Shown: positions 1 through 12,404, numbered from the stretch's first letter. The stretch: 64,000 bases of DNA from Octopus vulgaris (GCA_951406725.2 OX597820.1:6262001-6326000); one strand, 5' to 3'. Notes: generated from the letters alone by a model not told the origin. Numbers and translations: made by a program.

Positions 1-54
1 CTACTGCTCCCAATTATGGTCACCACACAATATAAAGTTAACAGCAATCGCAGA

Positions 55-191
55 ATAACTCATTTTGCCAGCTGAGTAACGGGAAATGAACTGTTTTGCT
101 CAAGACAACAACGCATCGCCCGGTCCAAGAATCGAAACCACAATCTTACGATCATGAGTCGAACACCCTAACCACTAAGCCACGAGCCTCC
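55..191 (-). mobile_element. tRNA-derived SINE (family C here), 5' part
   Basis: Minus strand reads GGAGGCTCGTGGCTTAGTGGTTAGGGTGTTCGACTCATGATCGTAAGATTGTGGTTTCGATTCTTGGACCGGG, with Pol III A box TGGCTTAGTGG and B box GGTTTCGATTC, followed by CORE-like GCGTTGTTGTCTTGAGCAAAACAGTTCATTTC. Related heads at 22037 and 56186. Confidence 0.8.
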
Positions 192-530
192 ATACACACA
201 CACACACACACATACACATTATAAGGCTCTATAGTTGTGAATCTGTGCCGCAGTCTCTCATAGTGATTTCAGAGAAGCTACATCTCACACGTTCCATAGT
301 GCGAATTCCCTGTCATCCGCATGTCTTTTCACTTATTTTATAGTTTGTGAGTTGCTGCTGAAATCACCGATGATCTTTTCGGGGGAGCTCTATGAACCCA
401 TCGACAGAGAATCCCCATCGTTCTATCTCAATTTATGCTATTACCATTTTATCCAGCTCAACCTGTGGCTCCAAGCTGTAACCGCTCACTTACTGCCATT
501 TCAGTTTTTTTTTTTAACTTTTTAAAAATT

Positions 531-707
531 TATTTATTTAGTTTCAGCTCACAAGCTGTGGCCATGCTGGGGTACCGCCATTTGGTGTTGCTACATGATT
601 TTACTTCACGAATGCTTTTTAGCAATTGCCATCTGGTGCATGAGAGAGTTCGATGCAGCTGCCCTCATCTGCACCTCCTGCCGTGAAGTTGGTTCATCTG
701 GGACACT
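531..707 (-). mobile_element. 3' end of a CR1/L2-group LINE (ORF2 C-terminus plus 3' UTR and tail)
   Basis: Minus frame 707-606 translates SVPDEPTSRQEVQMRAAASNSLMHQMAIAKKHS*, resembling the VPDEP...RAA.SNSL terminus of CR1/L2-group ORF2. It is followed by GGCGGTACCCCAGCATGGCCACAGC, a hairpin and a (TAAA)n tail. Confidence 0.7.
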
Positions 708-1748
708 TTTGTTTTTACTTTTCTTTCTGTTTTAGTATTTTTTTCTATTCCTATAAAGATTTTATCAACCAACCCTCTAAATTGATCATATCTCTACAAT
801 ACACGAAAATACTTTACCAATTCTTTTTACTACAATTCCTAATAATGCTTAATTATAAAAATGTAATAGAATTTTTTAAACATGGATTAGTTGTGAGGGA
901 GCGTCTGAGTAAAATAACAATCACGATGCTCTCGAGCATTCTGTATTTTGTGCTGATGCGTCTCTCCTATTTTAAGAGGGCAATGTGTGGTTATATGCTA
1001 TGATATCACCAAGTAGACCGTAAATATTTATAGCTTCCGAAACGCTTTGTTAAAGAAAAAAAATCCCCGTATTTTTTGGCGTACCTGGCACTACATTAGC
1101 CTCAAAAATTTCGATATAAATATGTTTTGTAAGGTAAAAGAACCACAACAACAACAGCAACAACAACAGAGACAAACAAAAACTTGAGATTCTGATGAAA
1201 AGGAAAATGCAGTAAAAAAAATATTCTCAATAGATGGAAGTTTGAATCAACCATACAAAGCAGAAACGATGAGTGCTTTTCCTTTCATAGTTATTTATCA
1301 GATTTTCACACACCTAAGTGCGTTTGCTATTCTGGAAATATGCTAAGGACAGATAAAAGCATTATCAGGGATGTGGAATGAGAACTAACTAGGAATTACC
1401 ATTATTTAGTGCAAAGCATCTTTCGGGACTAGATAGGTGGGGAACCAAGATTGCAGTTTTATTTTGAATTTTCTATAGGAATATATTGTATGTATTTTAT
1501 TTTTAGCTCTCTCACACAAACTGTTTTTCACAGAAACTATTTTGGCATTCACTTACCTCCGTTTACCGACTATTTTTAGATTTCAAACCGTTTCGTTGCA
1601 ACATTTACTATACATTCGCAACTTTCAGAACAGTAAATTTAATAAACAAATAAATAAATGCTAGATGTTCTTGTCGTACACGTTTTCTGTGTGTGTGTGT
1701 TGTGTGTGTGTGTGTCTTTGTGCGTGTGTGCCTACACATATGAACACA

Positions 1749-1780
<32 letters not shown>

Positions 1781-1783
<3 letters not shown>

Positions 1784-1865
1784 TTTTATTCTTTTACTTG
1801 CTTCAGTCATTAGACCTGCGGCCATGCTGGAACACTGCCTTGGAGAATATATATATATATTCGTC

Positions 1866-1941
<76 letters not shown>

Positions 1942-2071
1942 GACGAATTTCCTTCAGTTTCCGTCTACCAAATCCACTCTCAAGGCTTTGGTCGGCTCGA
2001 GGCTGCCACACAGTGAGACTGAACTCGGGACCATGTGGCTTCGAAACAAGCTTCTTATGCATCCACACTCC
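1781..2071 (-). mobile_element. SINE family A, internally deleted copy
   Basis: Tail CTTTTACTTGCTTCAGTCATTAGACCTGCGGCCATGCTGG and 5' body TTCAGTTTCCGTCTACCAAATCCACTC match the reverse complement of the copy at 20670-21068. Confidence 0.85.
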
Positions 2072-2952
2072 CACCCCCAGCACACACACAAACACATACT
2101 CACACACACATACACACGTACATATATGTATAGTTATGGTTATTTTCGATCAATTGGTCTGAGATGTCTGGTTAGATAAGATCTACAATTATTGCTGCTG
2201 CTGCTGCGGCTACTGCTGCTGTTATCGTTATTTATAGTTCCAAGACTAATCACTTTAGTCTATAGACTCCTTATTTACTTGAATGTCAGAAATAAGTCCT
2301 AGAGGAATGTAGTTCAGATGTGTAAGAAAGAAAGAAAAAATATGCTTAGCTTAACACTAAAATCTGGCAGTTATTTTGTTTTTAAACATTGTCAACAGTT
2401 TCACGTTTTGCGTCCAAAATATAAATGAGAAGGATCTGATTGCGTCTCGAACCCCGGTACTCTAATTAGTAGTAGATGCAAGACCACTGCAGTTCAGTCC
2501 TTGACCACAGTTCACAAAATCAGTTCATCTACCCGCCAGGTAATATTTACCAGAGAAATTCTGGTTTAGCTTCCGACCACATTTCATTGATCACTTCCTC
2601 GGTCAGTAAACAGGTACCAGTTCAATGCGGTTCCTTCTTGGACCGAGGTCAACCAATACTTGACACCTACTTTTCAACAATCAACAATAGGCACCAGAAG
2701 AAACCGTTTTAGTTATAGAAAACTGCACATTGAGATGACGGTAAATAATAAATAGTAGATTAATCTGGTTCATTCTCAGAGATACGCAATCTACAAAAGT
2801 ATTCACCCAGGGGTCAGAGACAGAAGACTCTTCAATCTGATTCAGCATCGCTCATTGTTAGACAATACTTCAAACTCCAGCTGAAAATAAACTTTATTCT
2901 GATGAAAGGATTCGATAACAAAATAGAGGAAATGTTGCTCAGTCACCAAGCC

Positions 2953-2954
<2 letters not shown>

Positions 2955-3029
<75 letters not shown>

Positions 3030-3082
3030 TCCTTTCTGTCTGTCTGTCTTTCTTTCTTTCTTTCCTTCTTTCTTTCTGTCTT

Positions 3083-3115
<33 letters not shown>

Positions 3116-3145
3116 GTCTTTCTCTCTCTCTTTCTTTCTTTCTTC
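2955..3145. repeat. (TTTC)n/(TC)n compound microsatellite
   Basis: Direct reading. Confidence 0.95.
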
Positions 3146-3912
3146 AATTCACATCGCAATTATTGAAAAATTGCGTTGTTCGTCACAGATTGCCAGCGAG
3201 CGAATCAATTGGCTTTACGACATTTCTTATGGTGATAGAAGCAATAGGGAGTGCCTGTAATTTGAGGAAGAACAAACATCACACACACCATTCATTCATA
3301 CATATTCACACAAAAAACATGCGCATGAGTATACATACATACATATATATACATATCCACACACACACAAATATATGTAAAGAGGACGTCATTAACAATA
3401 AACAACATGAAATACGAAAGCAAATGAGTTAAATATGCAATCAACGAGAGAATAAAATGGGCATGTAACACAAAGAATGACCCTTCATCAGTTGTTGGCT
3501 GTCTGTCTATTCTCCATTTCAAGCAATCAACGGCAATATGAGTCTTCGAAGACAGTTACTCACATAAATACCACAATAAAATTTTGGATTTATGGAGGAT
3601 CAAAGTTGGGAACAAAAACAGGAAAATGGAGACAAACAGGGAAGCTGAACGAAAATAAACATGGAGGGTCGTTGGACGTGAACGAGGGGAAAATAATGAA
3701 CGCTGAGAGAAATATTTTCTTTGAAAAGAGAAAAGATATAAGAGAGAGAGACAGGAGATGTCCAGCCCTTAGAAGGTTCATGAAGGAAAGAAAGATAGTC
3801 ACGTAAGGAAAAGAAAGATGGTCACGTGAGGAAAAGAAAGATGGACGATGGTCATGTGTGAGCAACGAGGGAGATAACAAGAGTAAGAGAGAGAGAGAGA
3901 GAGAGAGAGATT

Positions 3913-4358
3913 GTTAAATACATATACTAATTTATATGCTTTGTGTATTTTCCGGTGGCTGCAATGGCGTAACGCAGAATATAACTCTCATGTCGCCGGT
4001 GTTAAAACACCTTAGAGCCACGGACAGGCGTACCAGAGCTGCTTTTACATCATTGTAAATATTCCCTTAGGTATACAATTTTTAGGCATACCAGCTAATG
4101 AATTTACAAACCAGGAGCATATAACTCGTGGGACGGGCTAGCTGACTTGCCTTTAACCCAGGGCGGGTAGGTGGTGTTCACAAGTCACAAAACTGGCGAA
4201 ACCTCGATGCCCATCACCCCCAAATGGGATTGAGGATGGGTTATCTCGCCTGTCCATGGCTCTAAGGTGTTTTAACAGCGGCGACATGTGAATTATATAC
4301 TCCGCTACGCCATTGCAGCCACTGGAAAATATACAAATCATTAGTATATGCATTTAAC
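3913..4358. mobile_element. Fold-back/MITE-like element with ~115-bp imperfect terminal inverted repeats
   Basis: Arm 3913-4030 (GTTAAATACATATACTAA...TCCGGTGGCTGCAATGGCGTA...GTTAAAACACCTTAGAGCCACGGACAGGCG) is the reverse complement of 4247-4358 (CGCCTGTCCATGGCTCTAAGGTGTTTTAAC...TTAGTATATGCATTTAAC). Flanked by (GA)n and (TA)n. Confidence 0.8.
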
Positions 4359-4380
4359 TATATATATATATATATGTATA

Positions 4381-4411
<31 letters not shown>

Positions 4412-5188
4412 GAATAAAACTATTTTAAATGAGGAAAGAAATCAACTTGACATTACAATTGTTTCCGTGAATGGGTGATATTTTTATATCATATCTCGTA
4501 TAGTGTTATGCAATTCAAAAATGTTATCTAGTGCGTACAACGTTAGGCAATGCAAGACATAATATATGGAGATATGCAATAATTCTGTGTTCCGTTCTTT
4601 TCCTCAGATGTCGTGATTTGAAAGCATTATCGACCAAATTAATCTCACAATGAATTCATTTGGGCATATCACAATGTTTAAACAGACCAAACATATAGCT
4701 TTCACTTGATATCTGCTGTAGGTTTTCGGGTAATAAATCTTAATAGAGTTAAAATAAGCCTGTTGGAATTTATTTTATAGATCAAAGCATTAACCATAAA
4801 TCGAGCATCAGTCATTTGATAAATTTTGTGGCGACAATAGCTGTATGATAAAATTCGCTTTTAATTCACTACACTAACCAGGACCCGGCATGATACGTTA
4901 ATGAGGTGATAATAAAGATTATAATTATCCCCTCAACGTATTTATATGTGTGTGTATATGTGTGACTATGTATGTGTATACACACACACATATATATATA
5001 TACATATACCCAAATATTTATCGCATATTAATGTTAGTTTCATATCAAGTTTCATCCCAAAGGAACCCATAATTTCATCAAATTGAAGAATTTCTGAATT
5101 TTTGCTGTAGCTTACATATTTATCAGCAAAAGGTTGTCAGTGAATTAGACGGTTCGGCTTATTGCTTATAGCCATGTATCGCACTTAA

Positions 5189-5414
5189 CCCATTAAGTCC
5201 CATTGTCCTATAAATAGGACACTAAACAAGAACATTAAGTAAGCAATATCACATTTTCTCAGCGTCTTATTTATAGGACACAGAGTATTTCCATTTCTAT
5301 TTGAGGTAAAGGAGATTTAATAATTATTTAAAAAAAAATTTTACCCTTTTATCAATCATCTGTAAAAAATTAAAAGTAATATTCTGAAATTTAAGTACTC
5401 AGGGACTTAATGGG
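5189..5414. mobile_element. piggyBac-type MITE (226 bp)
   Basis: Perfect 13-bp TIRs CCCATTAAGTCCC / GGGACTTAATGGG, each flanked by TTAA (5185-5188 and 5415-5418). Subterminal palindrome TGTCCTATAAATAGGACA occurs in near-duplicate. Confidence 0.85.
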
Positions 5415-5534
5415 TTAATACAGATTCACCTTCAAAGACACATTAACTGCGGTATTAACCCGGAGATATTTCCCTTATGGATGGACGCACTGTATTCAAA
5501 AACTCAAAACTATATCAGTAACAGACGAGAACGC

Positions 5535-5567
5535 CATATTTCTGACTCGTTAGACTTCATCAGGAGC
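5535..5567 (-). ncRNA. Degenerate minimal hammerhead-like motif (PLE pLTR remnant)
   Basis: Minus strand CUGAUGA-A-GUCU-AACG-AGUC-A-GAAA-UAUG. Core boxes are present, stem II has one mismatch, and stem I and the cleavage triplet are not clear. Confidence 0.35.
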
Positions 5568-5954
5568 ATGAACCCACACCAGCCACTTGCTAAGATAATA
5601 AATGTCTCTCCTGATATAGAAAGACAGTGGTTATAGAGACACACACACAAACACACATATATAGAAGAGCATGGTAGTTTGGTTTTAAGCGTTGTGATAA
5701 AGAATTAAAACAGTAAAATCGTGAAGACAGTGAGCTTTTTGAAATGCGGAAAGGAACAAGTTTAATAACATCATAACTGCTTGGAAAAGGAACAAGTTTG
5801 AAACATCATAACTGCCAGACCATACAGGTCTGCAGACACTTCTCGTGTTGCCTGTGGGACAGTGTGCTAATGTGCAGGGGTGTCGTCCAAAGTAGGTTTC
5901 TATTCTCGTTGACAGGGGTTTTCAAAGGGATGGTCTCGATTGGGCAAGAAGAAG

Positions 5955-6650
5955 AGACAGAGAGATAGAGGGGGAGGAGGAGGAGGAGAAGGAGGAGAGA
6001 GAGTGAGAGAGAAAGAGATGGAGATAGAGAAGTGTAAGAGTATGTACTGGGAGAAAATCACCGGGATGGGGCTGCATATATAAGCATATATGTGTACGTA
6101 CGTTGTTGTGGAGTTTGTGCGTGTGTGTACATATAATAATGTGTGTGTGTGTGTGTTTGTGTGAGTCCGTGTGTGACTACGTCTAGAACGCCACCGCCCG
6201 TGCCTTGACAGATGCATTACGGGTGGCGTTACTAATATCAGTGGTGGTCTTCTCGTTGACGAGAGGAATTCTCGGGAAACAGAAAGATTCTTCCTTCCTT
6301 GTTTCTCTTACTCGTATCTGCGAAGAGTATCATTAAGAGAGACCGCCGAGTACGCGCTGATTTCTCGAGTCTGGAGGCCCTGGGTGATTCAGGCGATCCA
6401 GTAAGCATCCAGTAACGCATCTGTCATGGCACGAGCGGTCACACACATTCACACACAAACACACACATATTATTATATGTACACACACTCACAAACTCCA
6501 CAACAACGTACGTACACATATATGCTTATATATGCAGGCCCCACCCCCGATGATTTTCCCCCAGTACATACTCTTACACTTCTCTATCTCCATCTCTTTC
6601 ACTCTCTCCTCCTCCTCCTCCTCCTCCTCCTCCCCCCTCTCTCTCTTTCT
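5955..6650. repeat. Large inverted repeat (arms ~5955-6233 and ~6399-6650, ~165-nt structured spacer)
   Basis: GAGATGGAGATAGAGAAGTGTAAGAGTATGTACTGGG...GCATATATAAGCATATATGTGTACGTACGTTGTTGTGGAGTTTGTG pairs with CACAAACTCCACAACAACGTACGTACACATATATGCTTATATATGC...CCCAGTACATACTCTTACACTTCTCTATCTCCATCTC. ORFs 5900-6217(-) and 6426-6732(+) share peptide strings for this reason. Confidence 0.9.
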
Positions 6651-6904
6651 ATCACTGTATTCCTACCTTAATCATCTTGTAATACTCAAATACAGCCTCC
6701 TCTTGACTACCTGTCATTTTTCTTTTTTATAAATATTACAAAAAAATATCTGCATTGAAATTATAATACGAAACGAATATGTTACATCGTATCGAAAATT
6801 ACGTCCTGTTTAACAGAATATCTGCCAAATTTTACTGTTAGCTTTTACCATTCTTCATTTCCTCCTTACTTTCCCTAAACAAACTCATATACATACATAC
6901 AAAC

Positions 6905-6947
<43 letters not shown>

Positions 6948-6959
6948 CATGTATACATA

Positions 6960-6990
<31 letters not shown>

Positions 6991-7554
6991 TTATGTGTGT
7001 GAGTATGTATGTATATGTATATGCGTGTTTATGTATATGAATATGTATACATATATATATATATATATAATATATATATATTTGTGTGCGTATGTATGTA
7101 TGTGTATATATGTGTGTGAGTGTATGTATGTGTATATATGTGTGTGAGTGTGCGTGTGTGAATATGTGTGTGTATGCTCATGTATACATGTGTTTAGTTT
7201 TTGTGAGCCTTGCTGATGAGTTGTTTTGATGAGTTTTCGCAATATTTTTATGATTAATACGTTTTCATTTTGTTTGTTTTTTTAATTATTTTTTTGTTAC
7301 TTTTTTTTTCTTATACTTCATAATTCTTCATTTCTTGTCGTTGTCATCAATCTTCTTCGTTTTCTAAAGATTTGTCTACGGTTTGTTCCGAACTGTAAGT
7401 TGTTTGGAAATTTAACACTGGTCTACAAGACAAAAAGCAAACACCCACAAGCTCACACACACACGCCTACACACACAAAGAAACACACATATATACACTA
7501 TACATACGCATATTATACATTAAACACACACTCTTCAGAGGTGCAGGAAAAATG

Positions 7555-7556
7555 AC

Positions 7557-7609
<53 letters not shown>

Positions 7610-7620
7610 TATTAATGATG

Positions 7621-7699
<79 letters not shown>

Positions 7700-7703
7700 T
7701 AAT
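7555..7703. repeat. (AAT)n microsatellite
   Basis: Direct reading; a similar array lies at 52247-52388. Confidence 0.95.
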
Positions 7704-8295
7704 AAAATACAGTAGCAAAATGCACGATGGTGGTAGTAGTAGTAGTAGTAATATGAAAAACAACAACGGCTAAATGTTAATAACAAGAAGAAGAACGACA
7801 ATGAAAATTTCAAAGGAATGAATTTATAGTAAAATTACAACAACGAGATTTGTAAAGAAAATTAGAAACGAATATAATATAATTTTATAAAAAATAATAA
7901 CTAAATATACTTTAAAAAGTGAATTGTAGTTACTAACAACAACAACAACAATAATGAGGATAACAATGTTAAGAAGAAAAAAACAACAACCATCAACAAC
8001 AATAACTGATGAACCAAGAAAAAAAATAAACACACAAATATATAAAAAAAAAAGACTTAGGAGGAGTGAGAAGAGAGAAAGTATAAGAGGAAGAAGCAGA
8101 GATTAAGTGTTAAGTTTCAAAGAAGATATAATGGATTATGTCGCAAGATAGCTGTTTTATATTCAGTCAGATTTTTGGACAGGAAATTAGAATGCGACCG
8201 GAAATTACGTTTCTCATTACAAACCCTCAAACTGTTTAGTTATACACACCTTCTTTCACCTACTCTCCCGCCTACTACACACACAGTCACCCAAA

Positions 8296-8352
<57 letters not shown>

Positions 8353-8566
8353 TACATACATATATACATACATGCATACATACGTACGCACACATACATA
8401 TGTGATATTTGTGTGTATGTATATATACATTTATAGATGAATGGATATATTTCATTATATGTATACGATATATATATATGTATATCGGAATATGAATGTG
8501 TGTCTGTATACATATATATATGCATAGGCATACATACATAAGACATATATAGGTATGTATATGTGC

Positions 8567-8601
<35 letters not shown>

Positions 8602-8798
8602 TTTATGTTTATATGTATATGTATGTTTGTGCGTGTAGATGAACAGGCATATGTGCGTATGTTGATATAAAAGTAGTATGACTATATGACAACATAATTA
8701 TATACGTTAAGTTAAACTTACATCAATAAATATATAATTTTCATACGGATATCACTACATAAATACACACACACACACACACGCACGCAAATATACGT

Positions 8799-8840
<42 letters not shown>

Positions 8841-9057
8841 TCATGCATACGTACATACATACACGCGTACATAAACTAATATAAGTACATATGAATTTTT
8901 TATTGTTTATCTGTGTGATAAATTTGATATTTCCACTGTACTTACGGCTATTTTATGCGATAAATCTCATTAAAAAATAATCTCAAATCATTCGAACGTT
9001 CTTTTACAATTATTCCTTTTTATAGCCTGCCCTTCTATAACGATATGCATATACATT

Positions 9058-9141
<84 letters not shown>

Positions 9142-9211
9142 ATATATAGATTTATATGTATGCATTGTAGGACACGTGTAGGTATGTCTATATCTTTAGA
9201 TAAATACCTGC

Positions 9212-9288
<77 letters not shown>

Positions 9289-9892
9289 TGTATGTATGTT
9301 TGTTAATGTTTGCTCAATTACAATAAAAACAATTCTACATTAATGTAATGGCTTATTCTATAATATTGTAGAGTACAAATTTATTATTCTCAGACAACAA
9401 TATTATTGACAGGGACTTGGCAGTTTCTGACTTCGCGACAATGCTTCAACTGGGCAAAACTTCGAAGTCTCTAGCTATAATATTGTTTTTTAAGAATATA
9501 TGTATGCTTGTATGCATGCATGAATGTATACATGCATCATGTGTATGTATGTATGTATGTATGTATGTATGTATGTATACACGCATTAATGATACGAATA
9601 AATACCCTGTTCATATAAAACAAAAATTTCTGCGAGCATGTCTTTAGGAAGGGATTCAATAGAATATTAATCTTTCAAATTTGAGATCGATAATATATCA
9701 ATACGTAATGTAATTTCACCTAAATGATACGCAGAAAATAAATCCAATTACGAACAGTAAAACAATACATATTTTCCATGAAGATGTCAGATGTTTTCAT
9801 TGCAGTATGCATTTGTGTGTATAGAAATTACACACACACACACACACATACATACATACATACATACATACATACATACATACATACATACA

Positions 9893-10042
9893 TTCTCTCA
9901 TTGTTTTTCTTGTGTCCCTTTCTGTTGAAGAGCGTAGGCTCGAAAGGTAAAAGCCTTTTTCTATTCCTGAGCGTTATACTAATACATCTATTTGTTTTGT
10001 ACACCACCTGTCTTCTTTTTTTTTTCTTTCGTAAACTCTCCC
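9893..10042 (+). mobile_element. PLE-type pLTR fragment, family H3, with variant hammerhead motif at 9918-9953
   Basis: CUUU-CUGUUGA-A-GAGC-GUAG-GCUC-GAAA-G-GUA-AAAG. The downstream TTCCTGAGCG..ATACTAATACA..CCACCTG..TTCGTAAA is shared with 14289-14490 and 61809-62045. The 3' end abuts (TA)n. Confidence 0.7.
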
Positions 10043-10251
10043 TATATACATATATATATATAATGATTAGATGAGATCCATAAATGTCCAATATAGAACT
10101 CACGTGGCAGTGTTCGAGTGATTTGAGCTTACGTTTATCTTTCGCAGGATTCCTGATGGGAAATCGTGTTTTGAAACATATATTGTTGTATTTCACGATA
10201 ATCATTTTATTTATTCATTTATCTATTTATTTATTGCCAAATAAACACACG

Positions 10252-10295
<44 letters not shown>

Positions 10296-10299
<4 letters not shown>

Positions 10300-10390
10300 T
10301 CTTCCGTTGTCTATTACTATTCTTATTCTAATTCATGTCCATTGTCTGGGAATCTTTCCTCACGCATCTGTGACCTCTTCAGCGACACTT
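10296..10390 (-). mobile_element. PLE-type pLTR fragment, family H1, with mutated hammerhead (10341-10387)
   Basis: Minus strand UGUCG-CUGAAGA-G-GUCAC-AGAUGC-GUGAG-GAAA-GAUUCC-CA-GACAAU, an inverted copy of 11172-11220. The 3' tail runs into (TA)n at ~10295. Confidence 0.7.
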
Positions 10391-10480
10391 TTCATCTTCG
10401 TGTGTGCTTCGGCTCCACTTACTCCATTCTCTTCTAAGATGTGTATCCTTATATGCGCATGAGGCCCTTGCTTGTTTGTT

Positions 10481-10524
<44 letters not shown>

Positions 10525-11171
10525 TATATGTGTGTATGTGTGTGTGTGTGTGTATGTGTTTGTGTGCGTCATAGTTTTTAGCAGCAGTGTGGCCTTCCTC
10601 TCAGCCCCATCGTCTCAACCCATTGTGCGACTGCTCTCCTAAGACCCTAAAAAATGGTACAGTTCCTGTGTTCCTTTGTGTATGTGTGTTCGCCTACGGT
10701 GTTGCCTTCGTGGTAGTTGTTGCCATCACCATCGCTCTAACCGCCGGTGTTCCTGTCGTTGTTAGTCGTGCCGTTGAGATTGTTGTGGCCGTCCATGAAA
10801 TTTCTTGTGTGTGTTTGTGTGTGTGTATGGGTTTCGTATATTATACGTATCCATGCCCTGTAGAGAGATTTATTTTTTAAAAATTTTATCTATCTATATA
10901 TCTTATATTTATCAAAGGTATGTGACAAATATGTTTATATATTTATTTATTTATCTACTTATATATTTCTTTCTTTACTTCTTTTTTATGCATTGATCTC
11001 TATTTCGCATAATTGTTACAGGAAAGTTCACATATGTCTATTGTATGTGCACTACTCTGTATATTTCTGTGTATTATTTACGATTTTTCCCCCCACTCTT
11101 CTCATGCCTTCTGTCTTTAGTCATGCGGTGTAGTGTAGTGGTGGAGGTTAGTGTTCCACCCGAAAACTTAA

Positions 11172-11220
11172 ATTGTCGCTGAAGAGGTCACAGATGTGTG
11201 ACGAAAGATTTCCAGACAAT
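11172..11220 (+). ncRNA. Minimal type-I hammerhead ribozyme (family H1)
   Basis: Stem I AUUGUC-G / C-(A)-GACAAU; core CUGAAGA at 11179-11185; stem II GUCAC/GUGAC with loop AGAUGU; GAAA at 11203-11206; very short stem III; UUC triplet ending at 11212; AATAAA overlapping the 3' end (11218-11223). Confidence 0.7.
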
Positions 11221-11406
11221 AAACACGAGTCAAAATAATAAAATAATAACAGTAATAAACGAGTGAAGAAAAAAATATGTACAGTGGTTGTTTATTTAGC
11301 AAGAAAAAGAAAAATGACCGTCCTGAAATACAACTAGATTTGAGCTTATTTTTTTTATCTTTAAATTTTCTCTCACCGCGATCTGAACAGCTATTTGCTA
11401 AGCTTC

Positions 11407-11556
11407 TCTCCTGATGAAGGGAGCCGATATTACAGTTATATTTATATGCCTCTATCTACTGGTCGTAAATCCTTGCCTTTTGCACACTCTATCTGCTACA
11501 AATGATCATTGTAATACTTACGTAATCCCGTGCTCCCAGAAACAGTTGTAGGACTT
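11407..11556 (+). ncRNA. Hammerhead-like motif (family H2) with ~107-nt insert in stem II
   Basis: CUGAUGA at 11411-11417, A, GGGAGC (11419-11424) pairing with GCUCCC (11532-11537), A, GAAA, near-palindromic CAGUUG, then a GUA triplet ending at 11550. Same architecture as 42809-42863. Stem I is weak. Confidence 0.55.
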
Positions 11557-12115
11557 AAAGTGCCACAAATTCTCCCCTTAGGTTTCTGTATTTTTGGTAC
11601 CCCGTGTAAATATATTTTGTAAATAGATAAATATCGATGATTATACATGAATGTTCCTTTGAATATTTTCAGTTTATGCTTCTCTCTCTATATAAATCAT
11701 ATATACCTACGTGTGTCTATTTATGAATGTGAATTTTACATATCAAGACCAATCGTGTTTATCTACATCACTGTATCTGTCTGTCTATCTCTCCCTCTCT
11801 CTCTCTCTATATATATATATACGATTATAAATACCCACATAGAGACAAACACATATGCATAGGCGCATATATATATATATATATACTATGGATATTAAAG
11901 TATATACATATATATATGTACATGCATACAACCCTACTGACACACACACATTTATACACACACACACACACACACACAGAGAAACACCAACACACATATA
12001 TATATACAACCTCGTATTTCTCCGTACATACATGGGTATCAACGCAATTATGTGCACACTTATCTGCATTTCAGTAAACCATTGACACTACATATGTACC
12101 CTGTGCGTATGAGTG

Positions 12116-12151
<36 letters not shown>

Positions 12152-12366
12152 CATAAGGCTATACACAGGATTCCGAGTGCGAATAAATTAGATACTCTTT
12201 ATCTATTTATCTATCATATATCAATAACATAAATGGAGGAAAACTATCTAATTCTTGCTACAATGTAATTACCGCCATGCACATGCATTTAAATGCCCAC
12301 ATGTATGTATGTATATATGTATATATATATATATATATATATGATATCTATATATATATATGCATG

Positions 12367-12404
<38 letters not shown>

